DNA of 46,121 bases from Octopus bimaculoides (lineage: Eukaryota): contig NC_068999.1 in NCBI RefSeq assembly GCF_001194135.2, positions 15,991,807 to 16,037,927 on the forward strand, read 5' to 3'. Positions within the stretch are counted from its first letter, which is position 1; each line of letters begins with the position of its first letter. This document shows, piece after piece, positions 23,770 through 36,085 of the stretch. The notes below the pieces were generated by a model, which searched no databases, was not told the DNA's origin, and saw nothing but the letters and a program-made list of their open reading frames with translations. A program made the position numbers and the translations under genes.

Positions 23770-23966
23770 GGCGGCGAAATGGCAGAAACGTTAGCACGCC
23801 GGACGAAATGCTTAGCGTTATTCAGTCTGTCTTTGTGTTCTGAGCTCAAATTCCGCCGAGATCGACTTTGTCTTTCAGGTTCGATAATTTAAGTACCAGT
23901 TAATCGAATGCCCCCCCCCCTACCCTAAAACTGTTGGGCCTCGTGCACAGAGTAGAAAAGAATATT
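23770..23966 (+). mobile_element. tRNA-derived SINE with internal deletions
   Basis: GGCGGCGAAATGGCAGAAACGTTAGCACGCCGGACGAAATGCTTAGCG...GAGCTCAAATTCCGCCGAG, ending GAGTAGAAAAGAATATT; same family as 43821-44021. Confidence 0.9.
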
Positions 23967-23985
23967 AAATCCATTATATTTTCAG

Positions 23986-24017
23986 CCGCTTTATGTGAAC
24001 TGCTGCTGCACTACAAG
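23986..24017 (+). CDS. Candidate 32-nt exon (xALCELLLHYK or PLYVNCCCTT)
   Basis: Acceptor ccattatattttcag, strong donor AAG|GTAGGT, GC-rich body, two open frames. Confidence 0.35.
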
Positions 24018-24654
24018 GTAGGTGCACCCGCCTGTTATTGAGACGAGTGTAGCAGGATAACCGCTAGGGAATCTAAATATGAGTTTGTTTCCTACATCGT
24101 ATTCGCGTTGTTGATTTGGATTTTCGTTTCTCGTCTTGTATTTTAACTTTCCATTGACAATGTATGGTATTTTACTGCTAAGTTCTTCGTGTATATTTGT
24201 ATGATTAGTGTTTTATAAAACAACAGGAGGTAAAGCAGTAGAATGTGAGATTAGCGTCTCGTAGCGTAGTGCTCTAATAATTATATAAGAGTGCATGTCG
24301 TGATATTTTACTTGATGTTTATTACACAAAACATGTGATATATGTTGAGCGTGTCCTGTTTGATTTGCATTCATTGAAATCGGCACATGAGAAGCGCTTC
24401 ACCAAGAAGGGGAACATATTTTGACGGAAGTGCTAAAGTGTGTGCCCCACTAGGGATCCTACAATTTCATCATCTGCCTCAAACTGCTTATTTCACATTT
24501 AAGGTCAAATAAGTAGTCATATATTCCAATAATGTCAAACTAATAAAGGTATAAACATATACGTGTGTATGTACGTGTGTGACTATGTGATTCTTTCTCA
24601 CTCTCCACACTTCTCTCTCTCTCTATTTCTATTTATCTATCTCTCCCCCCTTTC

Positions 24655-24703
<49 letters not shown>

Positions 24704-26732
24704 NNNNNNNNNNNNNNNNNNNNNNNNNNNNNNNNNNNNNNNNNNNNNNNNNNNNNNNNNNNNNNNNNNNNNNNNNNNNNNNNNNNNNNNNNNNNNNNNN
24801 NNNNNNNNNNNNNNNNNNNNNNNNNNNNNNNNNNNNNNNNNNNNNNNNNNNNNNNNNNNNNNNNNNNNNNNNNNNNNNNNNNNNNNNNNNNNNNNNNNNN
24901 NNNNNNNNNNNNNNNNNNNNNNNNNNNNNNNNNNNNNNNNNNNNNNNNNNNNNNNNNNNNNNNNNNNNNNNNNNNNNNNNNNNNNNNNNNNNNNNNNNNN
25001 NNNNNNNNNNNNNTATATATGTATGCTTGAAAATACAAATATGAAAATGTGCAACACACATATTCTTATATACATCTTTGTATCTAGCTAGCTAGCTATC
25101 CACCTATATATGTAGAAATCTTTCTATACATGTGTGTGTATGTACGTGTGTATTTGTATACGTATGGGTAGGTAGTTTGAATTGAATTAAATAAATAAAT
25201 GGCACAAATAACTAATGATAAGAACATCCGAAAGATTTTCTTTGCAAACCGAGCTTAAAACTCAAACCTCCTCAAGTGTAATTACATGGGAGAAATTTAG
25301 AATATACAGAGTTTTGTATTCACACATCAATACGCATAAACGTGTATGGCTGAGAGGAAGTGTCCAAGTGGGTGTCTGTGTGTGCTTCTCTGTGTGTGTT
25401 CTCATGTTTCAAATACATATTGTGTCTGTTCTATCAAAAATGCTTTTGTATCACTTGGGTCATAGAGTAAACTTATGTAAGCAATAAATTACTATTCCAT
25501 GTTCGGTGGAACATGTTTGTCTCTGTGTATATGTATATATGTATTTGTTTAAGCAATTTTCTGTGTGACTATGCTTCGCTGTATGTCCGTGTGTGTGTGT
25601 ATGTGTATGTGTGTGTGTCTGTGTGTGTGATATACCAATTATAATAACTCACAAAAACGATAAAAATCCACTTTTTCGAAAACTACGTATGATATACAAA
25701 ATACGCTGCTAGTGATTATCATTATGTGTGTATATACACGTGTACATATATATATATATATATATANNNNNNNNNNNNNNNNNNNNNNNNNNNNNNNNNN
25801 NNNNNNNNNNNNNNNNNNNNNNNNNNNNNNNNNNNNNNNNNNNNNNNNNNNNNNNNNNNNNNNNNNNNNNNNNNNNNNNNNNNNNNNNNNNNNNNNNNNN
25901 NNNNNNNNNNNNNNNNNNNNNNNNNNNNNNNNNNNNNNNNNNNNNNNNNNNNNNNNNNNNNNNNNNNNNNNNNNNNNNNNNNNNNNNNNNNNNNNNNNNN
26001 NNNNNNNNNNNNNNNNNNNNNNNNNNNNNNNNNNNNNNNNNNNNNNNNNNNNNNNNNNNNNNNNNNNNNNNNNNNNNNNNNNNNNNNNNNNNNNNNNNNN
26101 NNNNNNNNNNNNNNNNNNNNNNNNNNNNNNNNNNNNNNNNNNNNNNNNNNNNNNNNNNNNNNNNNNNNNNNNNNNNNNNNNNNNNNNNNNNNNNNNNNNN
26201 NNNNNNNNNNNNNNNNNNNNNNNNNNNNNNNNNNNNNNNNNNNNNNNNNNNNNNNNNNNNNNNNNNNNNNNNNNNNNNNNNNNNNNNNNNNNNNNNNNNN
26301 NNNNNNNNNNNNNNNNNNNNNNNNNNNNNNNNNNNNNNNNNNNNNNNNNNNNNNNNNNNNNNNNNNNNNNNNNNNNNNNNNNNNNNNNNNNNNNNNNNNN
26401 NNNNNNNNNNNNNNNNNNNNNNNNNNNNNNNNNNNNNNNNNNNNNNNNNNNNNNNNNNNNNNNNNNNNNNNNNNNNNNNNNNNNNNNNNNNNNNNNNNNN
26501 NNNNNNNNNNNNNNNNNNNNNNNNNNNNNNNNNNNNNNNNNNNNNNNNNNNNNNNNNNNNNNNNNNNNNNNNNNNNNNNNNNNNNNNNNNNNNNNNNNNN
26601 NNNNNNNNNNNNNNNNNNNNNNNNNNNNNNNNNNNNNNNNNNNNNNNNNNNNNNNNNNNNNNNNNNNNNNNNNNNNNNNNNNNNNNNNNNNNNNNNNNNN
26701 NNNNNNNNNNNNNNNNNNNNNNNNNNNNNNNN

Positions 26733-26765
<33 letters not shown>

Positions 26766-27330
26766 GATAATGGTTAGATTGATAGATATATAGACATATA
26801 TAGATATATAGACACATGTATGTAGGCATGCTTACATAGGTGTTCCCGGAATGTAGTTATGCGTGTAATCGCTCATGTCTTTTGTGCAGCAGAATACGAA
26901 GTACATATTTTACAAGGAGTGTAATATTCTCAGAAAGTAGAAATAATATCTACTGTAAACAAAGTTTCAGTTTGAAAACTTTATTAGGGATTTAATTTTT
27001 TTCTTCTTTCGTTTTTTTTTTAATTGATAACTCATTTATGTTTAGCTTCAAATAACAGTTCGCTCGATGCCTTGTTGTTTCGAAACCAACTGGATCTTAG
27101 ATTCTATTATCTTTGAACGTCTGCCAGAATACGTTTCGGTATTCTTTTCTGTTATTTCCATTTGGAATTTAAGTCCTGCTATGATATGTTTTGATTTGCA
27201 TCACTCTCCAATCCACCCATCTTATGATCGATAAAAAAAATTAAAAAACGTGCTACTTAAATTCTGAGATTTATGTTATCCACTAATCACCTCCACTAAA
27301 AACAATTGGTCTCTCGCCTGAATTACAATC

Positions 27331-27400
<70 letters not shown>

Positions 27401-27906
27401 TTGTTTCACTTTTGCATTTCATTTGTACAAGTTGGCTCCAAGTCTCACCCGGAACCTCAAGCGACAACAATTTAGAAGTTCATGTCGGTGTTATGCCTAG
27501 GGTGCCATATATTTGATTTTGTACATAGTGTTTTTCTAGGGAATGTTTAAGAAACCATAAGGAAATTATGTGTTTGTTTTAAAATTTGAGATTACATAGA
27601 CAGTACTTTACGTGGGATATGGGCAGTACCCATGAGCACTATCTTTTGAATTTCTGCCATTTTGCGGTTCCCTGGTATCTGAGATATATTGCAATCAGCC
27701 TCGTTTGCTATCATTCCTAGGGCACCTATGCCAACAGGTATTGTTATTGTCTTCAGGTTCCACATTTTGCTAATTTCAAATCCAAGATCTTTATACTTGC
27801 TCAGTTTCGGTAGGTCTTGACAGATAAGTTTATATCAACTGAGACAGTCACATCAATGGGGAGGCATGGTTTTTGTCCAAAGCCTTTCAATATAATGTTT
27901 GGCCTA
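27401..27906 (-). mobile_element. 5'-truncated R4/Dong-clade non-LTR retrotransposon (restriction-like endonuclease C-terminus plus 3' UTR) in a (TAA)n tract
   Basis: Minus strand RPNIILKGFGQKPCLPIDVTVSVDINLSVKTY /fs/ KLSKYKDLGFEISKMWNLKTITIPVGIGALGMIANEADCNISQIPGNRKMAEIQKIVLMGTAHIPRKVLSM* (stop 27592-27594). Shows the RPD...ID...K..KY..L REL motif. (ATT)n on both flanks (27331-27400, 27907-27993). Confidence 0.9.
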
Positions 27907-27946
27907 CTATTATTATTATAATTACAATTATTATTATTATTATTAC

Positions 27947-27994
<48 letters not shown>

Positions 27995-28433
27995 TAGAGG
28001 TGTGCTAAGGAAAAAAACAATAAAGAATAATTCAGGCGAACATAAATTATACTTTGTTGCATTTTTTTACGTAGCACAACAGTAGTGAATATGAAAACCA
28101 TATTAACTTTATGCCTTCTGAAGACATTTATGTCTTCTGAAGACAATGTAGGTCATAAAGAGTGCCTCAGTATAAGCTGACTCAAGCAGAATAGGAACCG
28201 TGAATGGGGTTTTAGAATGGGGTTTTAGAAAGCTACAAGAAGGAATGGAAAAGAACATGAAAACTACAACACAGTGATGTCTACTATATGTACTTGGACA
28301 AAGCAAGAGGAAAAAAAAAACCTTTGTCCATATATATTATAAGATGTGTTAGAAGGTCAAAGTATGCAAAAGTTGGCGGCAAGGAGTACAATTTTCAGTT
28401 TCTGTTACAACATTGTTGACTTAATTTGCACAG

Positions 28434-28460
28434 TCTATTGAATATATCGTGATCGTGAAG
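28434..28460 (+). CDS. Candidate 27-nt microexon (SIEYIVIVK)
   Basis: Acceptor ttaatttgcacag, donor AAG|GTAATA, length a multiple of 3, single open frame. Confidence 0.2.
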
Positions 28461-28812
28461 GTAATACGCAAGAACAGTTCGTTGCATTTCATTCTTGATG
28501 AAATTCTAGCTCCTGGAGATCCTCGATGAAAATCCATCCTGTACAAGAACTTTATTCTATCCGTAGAGCAGTGAGATGATATATCATGTGGAACAGAAAA
28601 AGTTCATTTACCACTTCTAATGAAAAGTATTAGATGTGATATAAAAGTAAGACAGGCAACAGTTGAAGGTTAGAAAAAAGAAGACTATCATAAAAATATA
28701 CGTGTGCTTATATATATATGCATGCGTGCTGTTATGTATGCGCCTCTGTTTAAGTGTGTATACCTAGAAATTTAAATATATCTTCTATCTACTGAACGGT
28801 ATACTCGCATAG

Positions 28813-28828
28813 CCAAGGCGAAAGCAAG
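28813..28828 (+). CDS. Candidate 16-nt microexon (PRRKQ+)
   Basis: Consensus donor AAG|GTAAGT; acceptor ctcgcatag; phase 0 to 1 fits the next candidate. Confidence 0.2.
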
Positions 28829-28908
28829 GTAAGTTCTCAATGCAAACGAGAATGCAAGTCGAGAAAGCCAATCTACAAAGAACCACATTATCTCCGTTTC
28901 AATTACAG

Positions 28909-28949
28909 AGGCCCTGAACTGTAAATCAACTCCTCCACCTCACGATGAG
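28909..28949 (+). CDS. Candidate 41-nt exon (xALNCKSTPPPHDE)
   Basis: Acceptor tatctccgtttcaattacag, donor GAG|GTAATT, only one open frame (phase 1 to 0). Confidence 0.35.
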
Positions 28950-29052
28950 GTAATTGTACTTGAAGATTTGCAAATATGCTTGGTTGTAAAAGAATGAAAA
29001 TGTATCCACATAAATAAACAGATTCAAGTACAAATGAGCGACTATCCATTAG

Positions 29053-29141
29053 CAAGTTTCCGGTGGCGGAGCTGCAGAAGATCATGAAAAATGCATACTA
29101 ATTAAGACGGAGATGGAACATTATTATGCAAAAGAGAGAAT
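29053..29141 (+). CDS. Candidate 89-nt exon (QVSGGGAAEDHEKCILIKTEMEHYYAKER)
   Basis: Acceptor ctatccattag, donor AAT|GTGAGT, phase 0 start matches the previous candidate across a 103-nt intron; peptide resembles 1422-1526. Confidence 0.35.
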
Positions 29142-31080
29142 GTGAGTTTTGCTTTCTTATTGAAAATCCCCACCAAATGTCTGTCAACAGCTTAAGCTTG
29201 GTCATTCAGAGGTTTTTGTGAGTATAAGTATCGAGAGAGAAAAAAACAAAGAACAAAAAAGAAAATGTTGGCAAGCCATTACTGAGAATCGAATAAGGTT
29301 TCTCGTAAGCTTTTGAGAACAAAAGAAATGTGCAGTACTAAAAGAAAGATCTTGGATTAAGTTAATCCAATTATTTCCTATTTAAAGTTCAACTTCTCAA
29401 TAGGCAATAATTCTGCCTTCTCAAATTTACGGATCACATATACCCATACCTTCTATATATTATTCCCTCCCGCCGCACCTGCATTTATTTTTTTATTTAT
29501 CTTTATTTTTTTGATTTAGTTGAAAATTATAGATAAACGGACAGATAAATACAGATAGTAACATATATATTATTCTGCAGAGACTTACACACTCAGAAGA
29601 AAATATAATTAGATACATAACTAGTTATGTATCAAAATGTATTGCTTCAAAAGTTGTCGATATATGGTGATTTTTTTCATCATATTGGACATGCTCTCTT
29701 AACTCAAATATAGCTGAAGAAAATTTGTCAATATTTATGTGGAAATATCTATTTCCCATCATACATACTTATCTTATAAGATATACTTAAATGAACAAGT
29801 AGGGCGTCAAAAAAATTATAGTACAATAGCATATAATCAGGATTGTCATTATATTTCTCATGAGTCACCAGAAGAAAATTCGAAACATCCTTTTACAAAC
29901 CAAGTAGCATTAGTTGAGGAGTGTTAGAAATTGTAATAGTCACGTTTCTATATATTCACGCCCAAGGCAATAGGACGAAACGAATTTTTCGCTTACTAAA
30001 TCCAAAATATTCAGCATCTTCTGAATATATTCAATGTTACAGTCATTTGTTAAGAGCTGTGCTCAAAATAGAAACGCCAATTTGCTGGAATTAATGGATG
30101 TTTTGCGACTTGGATTGGTGTCAGTTCAAAAGCCAATGTTTTACCACACAGCCTTTCAACATCATGATTCCAACGTTTTACGTGCAAGTTCCCTGTTCAT
30201 TTGATCACATAACTTACTGACCAGATTCTAGTATTGCTGAATTTAACATTAAACAATGGACGTAGAATTCAAAAATTCCTGATTAAATATGTGTTAAATT
30301 GCTAATTATATATGATAATGAATTTTATTCTGAGTTTCAATTTTGCACACCTTAACACTGCTTGTCTTGCTTCAATGAATACCTAAATTATGTAAATAAA
30401 ACAGTTACAAATGACTCAGTTATTTTACTGGAAGAAACGGGTTCTTTGAAACCAAATATTTACTAACAGACACAAAATGTGATTTACCTATGGGGTATTA
30501 TAGAAATGGATACTTTTTATTGAGGAAGGGCAGTTTACTGTACTTATTTTGTACCTCAAACATACTTATATGAAATTAAAATATTTAGCTGCTATATATA
30601 TATATATATATNNNNNNNNNNNNNNNNNNNNNNNNNNNNNNNNNNNNNNNNNNNNNNNNNNNNNNNNNNNNNNNNNNNNNNNNNNNNNNNNNNNNNNNNN
30701 NNNNNNNNNNNNNNNGTGTGTGTGTGTGTGTGTGTGTGGGTGTGTGTGTGTGTGTGTGTGCGTGTGTGTTTGTGTGTGCGTGTGCGTGTGTGTTTGCTAA
30801 CCTCTCTAACGATGACCTGATGTCTAGAAGATGGGAGTATGAATTATAAGTGTTGATTTACAAATTTGATTCACGTAAAACTGTATTGTACTTAGACAAG
30901 TAGTCTGAGTAGAGCTTCATTTTTGTTTCCCTAAAGCAACCCTTTTCGAAAACTATTTTGTTCATTTTACTTCTGAATGGAATGAATGGTTCTATACACA
31001 TTTATTATTAGTTAGAAATATTAAGACCTTCGTAAGTAACAATGAAGTAATATATTTGTTGATGTGCGCTCAGACTTCAC

Positions 31081-31290
31081 GAGGCGACCTGGTAGAATCG
31101 TTAGAGGTATTTCGTCTGTGTTTATGTTCGGAGTTAAAATTCCTTCGAGATCGACTTAACCTTTCATCCTTTCGAGATCGATACGATAATTACCAGTTCA
31201 ATACTTGGGTGGATGTAATCGACTTAACCCTTGCCACACATATAACTTCTGGTATTTTACCAAAATGTGAAATCAATATATACTGTGCCT
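31081..31290 (+). mobile_element. tRNA-derived SINE (degenerate)
   Basis: GAGGCGACCTGGTAGAATCGTTAG...GGAGTTAAAATTCC...CCTTTCATCCTTTCGAGATCGAT...GATGTAATCGACTTAACC. Confidence 0.85.
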
Positions 31291-32466
31291 TATTTTCCTT
31301 ATGGTTTAATTTCAAATTCAAATTTCTGATCCCGTCTTATTCGATGAAGAAAGGTTGTGTCTCCCTAGCACTAACTGTGAGCTAAAGGGTGTCCCCCTAT
31401 TTTATTCCCAGGCCTGATTTATTTCTTTTTCTATACAAAATTTATCAATGAATAACATATACACACAGATATGAATGTAATTCAAACAGCTCTGCATTAT
31501 ATATTACATATATAATCATTTCTCCGTTTACTATAGGAGAACAGGACACCACAGTGATTATTTACTTCAGATAAGTGAGAATATTAATAAATAGCCTACA
31601 ATAAATAAACTTTGTATTTTATCCTTGCATATTTCGAAAGGTTCTCATTCGGTTTATTCAGAATCACGGGAACACATCAAACACCATAAAACCGAACATT
31701 AGCAAAATATTTTGAAATATATTTTCTTAAATGTATTTGACTGAAACAAAAATATGAAAGATGCTTTAAGTCCAATTGATAACTAGGATACATAAGTGAC
31801 TTTCGCTTTACACTCAAATGGCCTTAATTTTAAAAAGAAATATTGCCTTTACGACGCGGAAATACTACTTTGAATCAACCGATATTTCTTGATTCGATTT
31901 TGAATTTGAAAAGGAAAACAAAAATAGAAGCAAAATCAAACGAAAGAGCAAACGTATGTATATTTTATAGCTAAATTTTTCATTTTTATTCTTTTGAATA
32001 TTTTCATTTATATTCATTCAACTAAGATATACCAAATTGAATAATTTTGGTGATTTTAAAATAAAAGCGACTTTTATGTACATATATTTTTTAAAATATT
32101 AAAAAAAAAAATGTTTGCAGTAAGCAAATGCGAATATTATGAGACTGGTGGGAATCATTCAGCCGAAAACATTACTTTTTATTGCAATATTATAGAAAAA
32201 TAATATTTCTAATGATATATTGCAAACAACTTTTCAATGAGATTAAAATAATGCAAAATAATATTTTTCTTTCCATGTTGTTGAAAGAATAAAAATAGAC
32301 ATATGATTGACCAGATTCATTCATAATATCCATTAATGTGGCATTTCTTTTCAATACAAATAGATTCTATCATAACGCATACAACATTCCTTTTCGATAA
32401 AACAGTGCGCTCAGAAATGAAAGTGAAATTAAAGTTTAAAGTAGGTTCCCAACAAACATTTGAATA

Positions 32467-32556
<90 letters not shown>

Positions 32557-34289
32557 GTGTCTGTGTGATTGTTATTGCTATTTGTTGTATTTTTTATAGT
32601 TCCTAACATAAAAGAACTATTTAATGTCTGATAGAAATGACCATCTGCAAGTGATTATGATATAGAAACAAAATTGCAAATATTCTAATATTGCCTTCAA
32701 TAATAGAGCATTATTTATAATAATCAATAACACGTAGACAATATGCCTGGATGTATTTTGATATGAATTCTAATTCTGGTGATGTCGTTTCGTATCTGAT
32801 TATACCGTGGTCAGGATACTAAATACCAGTGTTGTGTGGCTATCGTTATCGACTGTTTTCTTGAAGAATTATGTAAGTTCTAATTAACTTCACCTTCAGT
32901 CTCTTACACAAAATAATTTATTTTACGTAGTTACAATTTGTTTCATTCGGAGTTCAAATTCTTATGATATTTGAGAAAATACTTCAAATGCTATGTGTAT
33001 TTCGTATATTCATATTCCGCATGTGTAAACATTCAAATGATATCAATTTTACATGTCTACGGATCCGAATAATTCTATGAAATTTTAGGTTCAATAATTG
33101 TATAATTCGTTGAAAAACGTACATTAGTACTTTAGTATGACATTATTGCATGATATGCGTAATTAGTTGACAAGAAATTTGACGTTAAATGGAAATACAT
33201 AGCTAATAAACATGTTCTCATAAATTTGTAGATGAAGCACATTCCTCGAAACTCGCTGTTTACATTCCTCTTATCTGATACACAATCACATATTGATGAA
33301 GAGAATCTATTGTTTTCTAATGTAATCAACTCTAATATAATGTGCATTGCGTTTCATTCATTCATCGCATTTTATTGGATGGAAAGCACGAAATGAAACC
33401 AAAGATATCTAGAATCAAATGCAAACATAATACATGAATTCAGAATGTATTTTCTCGCATCACGTCCCAGTGTTTTATTACATTGAATCGACACATTAAA
33501 TACCTTTAATGTAGATATTATAAAGTGGCGATTAAAAATAAGGAAGCTATTTCATGTTATTCAAATCAAAGTGCAATCTGTGTGAAATTTGATATGCATC
33601 TGTCGGAACGGCTTTGATGTATATTATGCAACAGAGAAAGCCCTGTTATTCGACATGTTGACGTAATAGTATAGATATCCTCGCAAAACTGATTTACATT
33701 ACATTTTGTTCTAGTGAAAACGTATTTTTCTCAATTCCGTATCAAATAAATCTAGATACTTAAATATACTTAAGATTCAGCATCCCAAACTACATATTTG
33801 TCAACAGTGTTGGTTAATGTTTTGCGTTTTGGGGCCACCCTACCGTGGTATTTATGAAATCAGATACGTAGTAATCAATTTGTGTGCAATTAATTTTTAA
33901 GAGCGTATGCTGTAATATCAGATATATTCATCAGGAGATTATGATGTTTTCTGTATTATGTGTCAGATAAATTATTAAACATCTTTTTAAATGCAGTTTC
34001 ACACTCAATGTAGGTCATTGAAATTGTATGCATGTTTGAAAATTTCTACCCAACCCATTCTTGGCAAAGGTAATATAAATTAAATGTGTTTTCATTGTGG
34101 AGAAATCTTAAAGGATGAAACATTTTGGCACATGAAATCTAATTACCTAAATCATTTTAATCCAAATTTATGTATCATTCTCGTAGAAGTCAAGATAAAT
34201 TACAGGTCAGTATTTCAATTACAGCAGACCATACACAAATAACATCCGAGATGATACAGAACGTATACATTATTGACATTTAACTGCAT

Positions 34290-34465
34290 GAAGTTGCGTG
34301 GCCTTGTAGTTAAGGTGGTGAGGTGTGCTCTTGGGCACATTACTCCAGTCCATTCAGCTATAAATGTCTAAACTTGTGACTGAATGGTGTCCCGATCAAG
34401 AGAAACGTTGTGATATCCGTTACGTATACGCTCTGGAGACCGGTTAATCCACCCTATGTGCCGCA
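34290..34465 (+). mobile_element. Degenerate SINE of a different family
   Basis: A-box-like GCGTGGCCTTGTAGTTAAGG, then CTTGGGCAC..TTACTCCAGTCCATTCAGCT..AAATG, a central SINE-domain-like motif. Confidence 0.5.
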
Positions 34466-35006
34466 GATTTTATAACGGACTTGCTAATATTTATATACAA
34501 TTCGTAAATCAAGAATATTATATACTGGAAAGAGAGACTACACTAAAGTTTAAGATAAAAAAAAAATCAAACAATGACAACCACCTTCATCTTTAAACAT
34601 TGAAGATTCGTTACATTATCTAACTTCCCCGTGAACAATTCCACGAAGTGTCATATTTCTTTTTACGTTTGCGATGTGTCTAATGAGTGAATGATATGCT
34701 GAGCAATTGCTATAAATGCTGAATAGCAAATGTCATAAATACATATACAAAAATCAAACGTTGCACGATTATAGTAAGGAAAAACTTATAAACAATAATT
34801 GTAGGAAAGACATAACAAACACAGAATATATAAGAAAACAAATAGTGCCATACCGTTAAATATTCATTAATATGATGCTTCATGCTGCGTTTTGTCATTC
34901 TTTCTTATAACCACTATTTATAATTGTTCAGTAATTGTTAGCAGAGAATGGAAACTATTGCAACTTACCTAAAAGAAAAGTAGAAAGAAAACCGAAATGT
35001 AATTAC

Positions 35007-35074
<68 letters not shown>

Positions 35075-35087
35075 TAATAATAATAAT
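35007..35087. repeat. (AAT)n microsatellite
   Basis: Direct. Confidence 0.95.
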
Positions 35088-35932
35088 TGGTCGTGCAAAG
35101 TCGATGCGAGTATAAAGGATTAAATAAAATTACCGACAAAACGTAAATAATGAATTAAACACATATAGACATCTGCAACATCACAATATTCTCTTTTTGT
35201 TTTTGGCGAAAGATATATATGTGTGAATGTGTGAGTGTGTGAGTGTGCATGTGTGTGTGTGTGAATGTGTCTGTGTCTGTGTCCGAGCGTGTGTCTGTGT
35301 GTGCATCGATGGTGCAATATATATACTACATCATATAACGAATGTTGATAATGTGATTTCCACTTTTATAGTTTCTAAGATACATTATCGAAACGAATAT
35401 GAACGATTTTAGAGAATCTTTCCATTATTCCATTCTTTTCAATAATAGAGAGTGCATATATGTGTGTTTGTGTGTATGTGTGTGTATAAAGTAAAATTCG
35501 ACTGGACACATCTTCATGCGTTTATTTGTACATCATACATGCATAACGGTTGAATAGGTCGCTTATAGAAGAATAAAACGTATATTGACATTTCATTTGC
35601 AAATCTTTACAGTTTGTATAATAAAGGCAAAGTTACTTTGCATAGCAGTGCAAAAGATACTTGGTGCTCACAAGATTCTGTTGACACTATCTTTCTATAA
35701 AGAATACATTTGTCAATGAAACACGTGAAAGGATGTCCTCCATCATTTCTCTTTCACAATTGATTTTCCTGTTGGAGAGCATAGCCTTGATTGTTTAGAT
35801 AATTCTTCATTTGTCTTGAGTGTCAGCCAGATACAACCTAATTTTTGTACTCTTACTTCACCATCGAGTTTTCTTTTGTTAGATTGTATTGATTAATTGT
35901 GGAGTTCGTTTGTATCAAGGTCCCCTAATATT

Positions 35933-36085
35933 ATGGGCGCGGAGCCGTGTGGTCGACCTTGTCTTTCATAATTTTTTTTTTGTCGATAAGTAATCTAAGT
36001 ACCAGAAAATTACTGGCGACGAAATAATCGATTTACCCCTTCTCCTGAAATGTCTGGCCTTGTGCCAACATTTGAAACGAATATT
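35933..36085 (+). mobile_element. SINE 3' remnant
   Basis: GGTCGACCTTGTCTTTCATAA...GTCGATAAG..TAAGTACCAG...TAATCGATTTACCCCTTCTCCTGAAATGTCTGGCCTTGTGCCAACATTTGAAAC; homologous to 43445-43550. Confidence 0.8.

Noticed and set aside
28832-28996. Contiguous frame ...PPPHDEVIVLEDL... resembling a LINE AP-endonuclease GDxN motif
   Set aside because: Lacks GDFN and the flanking YAP and other APE motifs. Not called, though a TE origin remains an alternative to the exon model.
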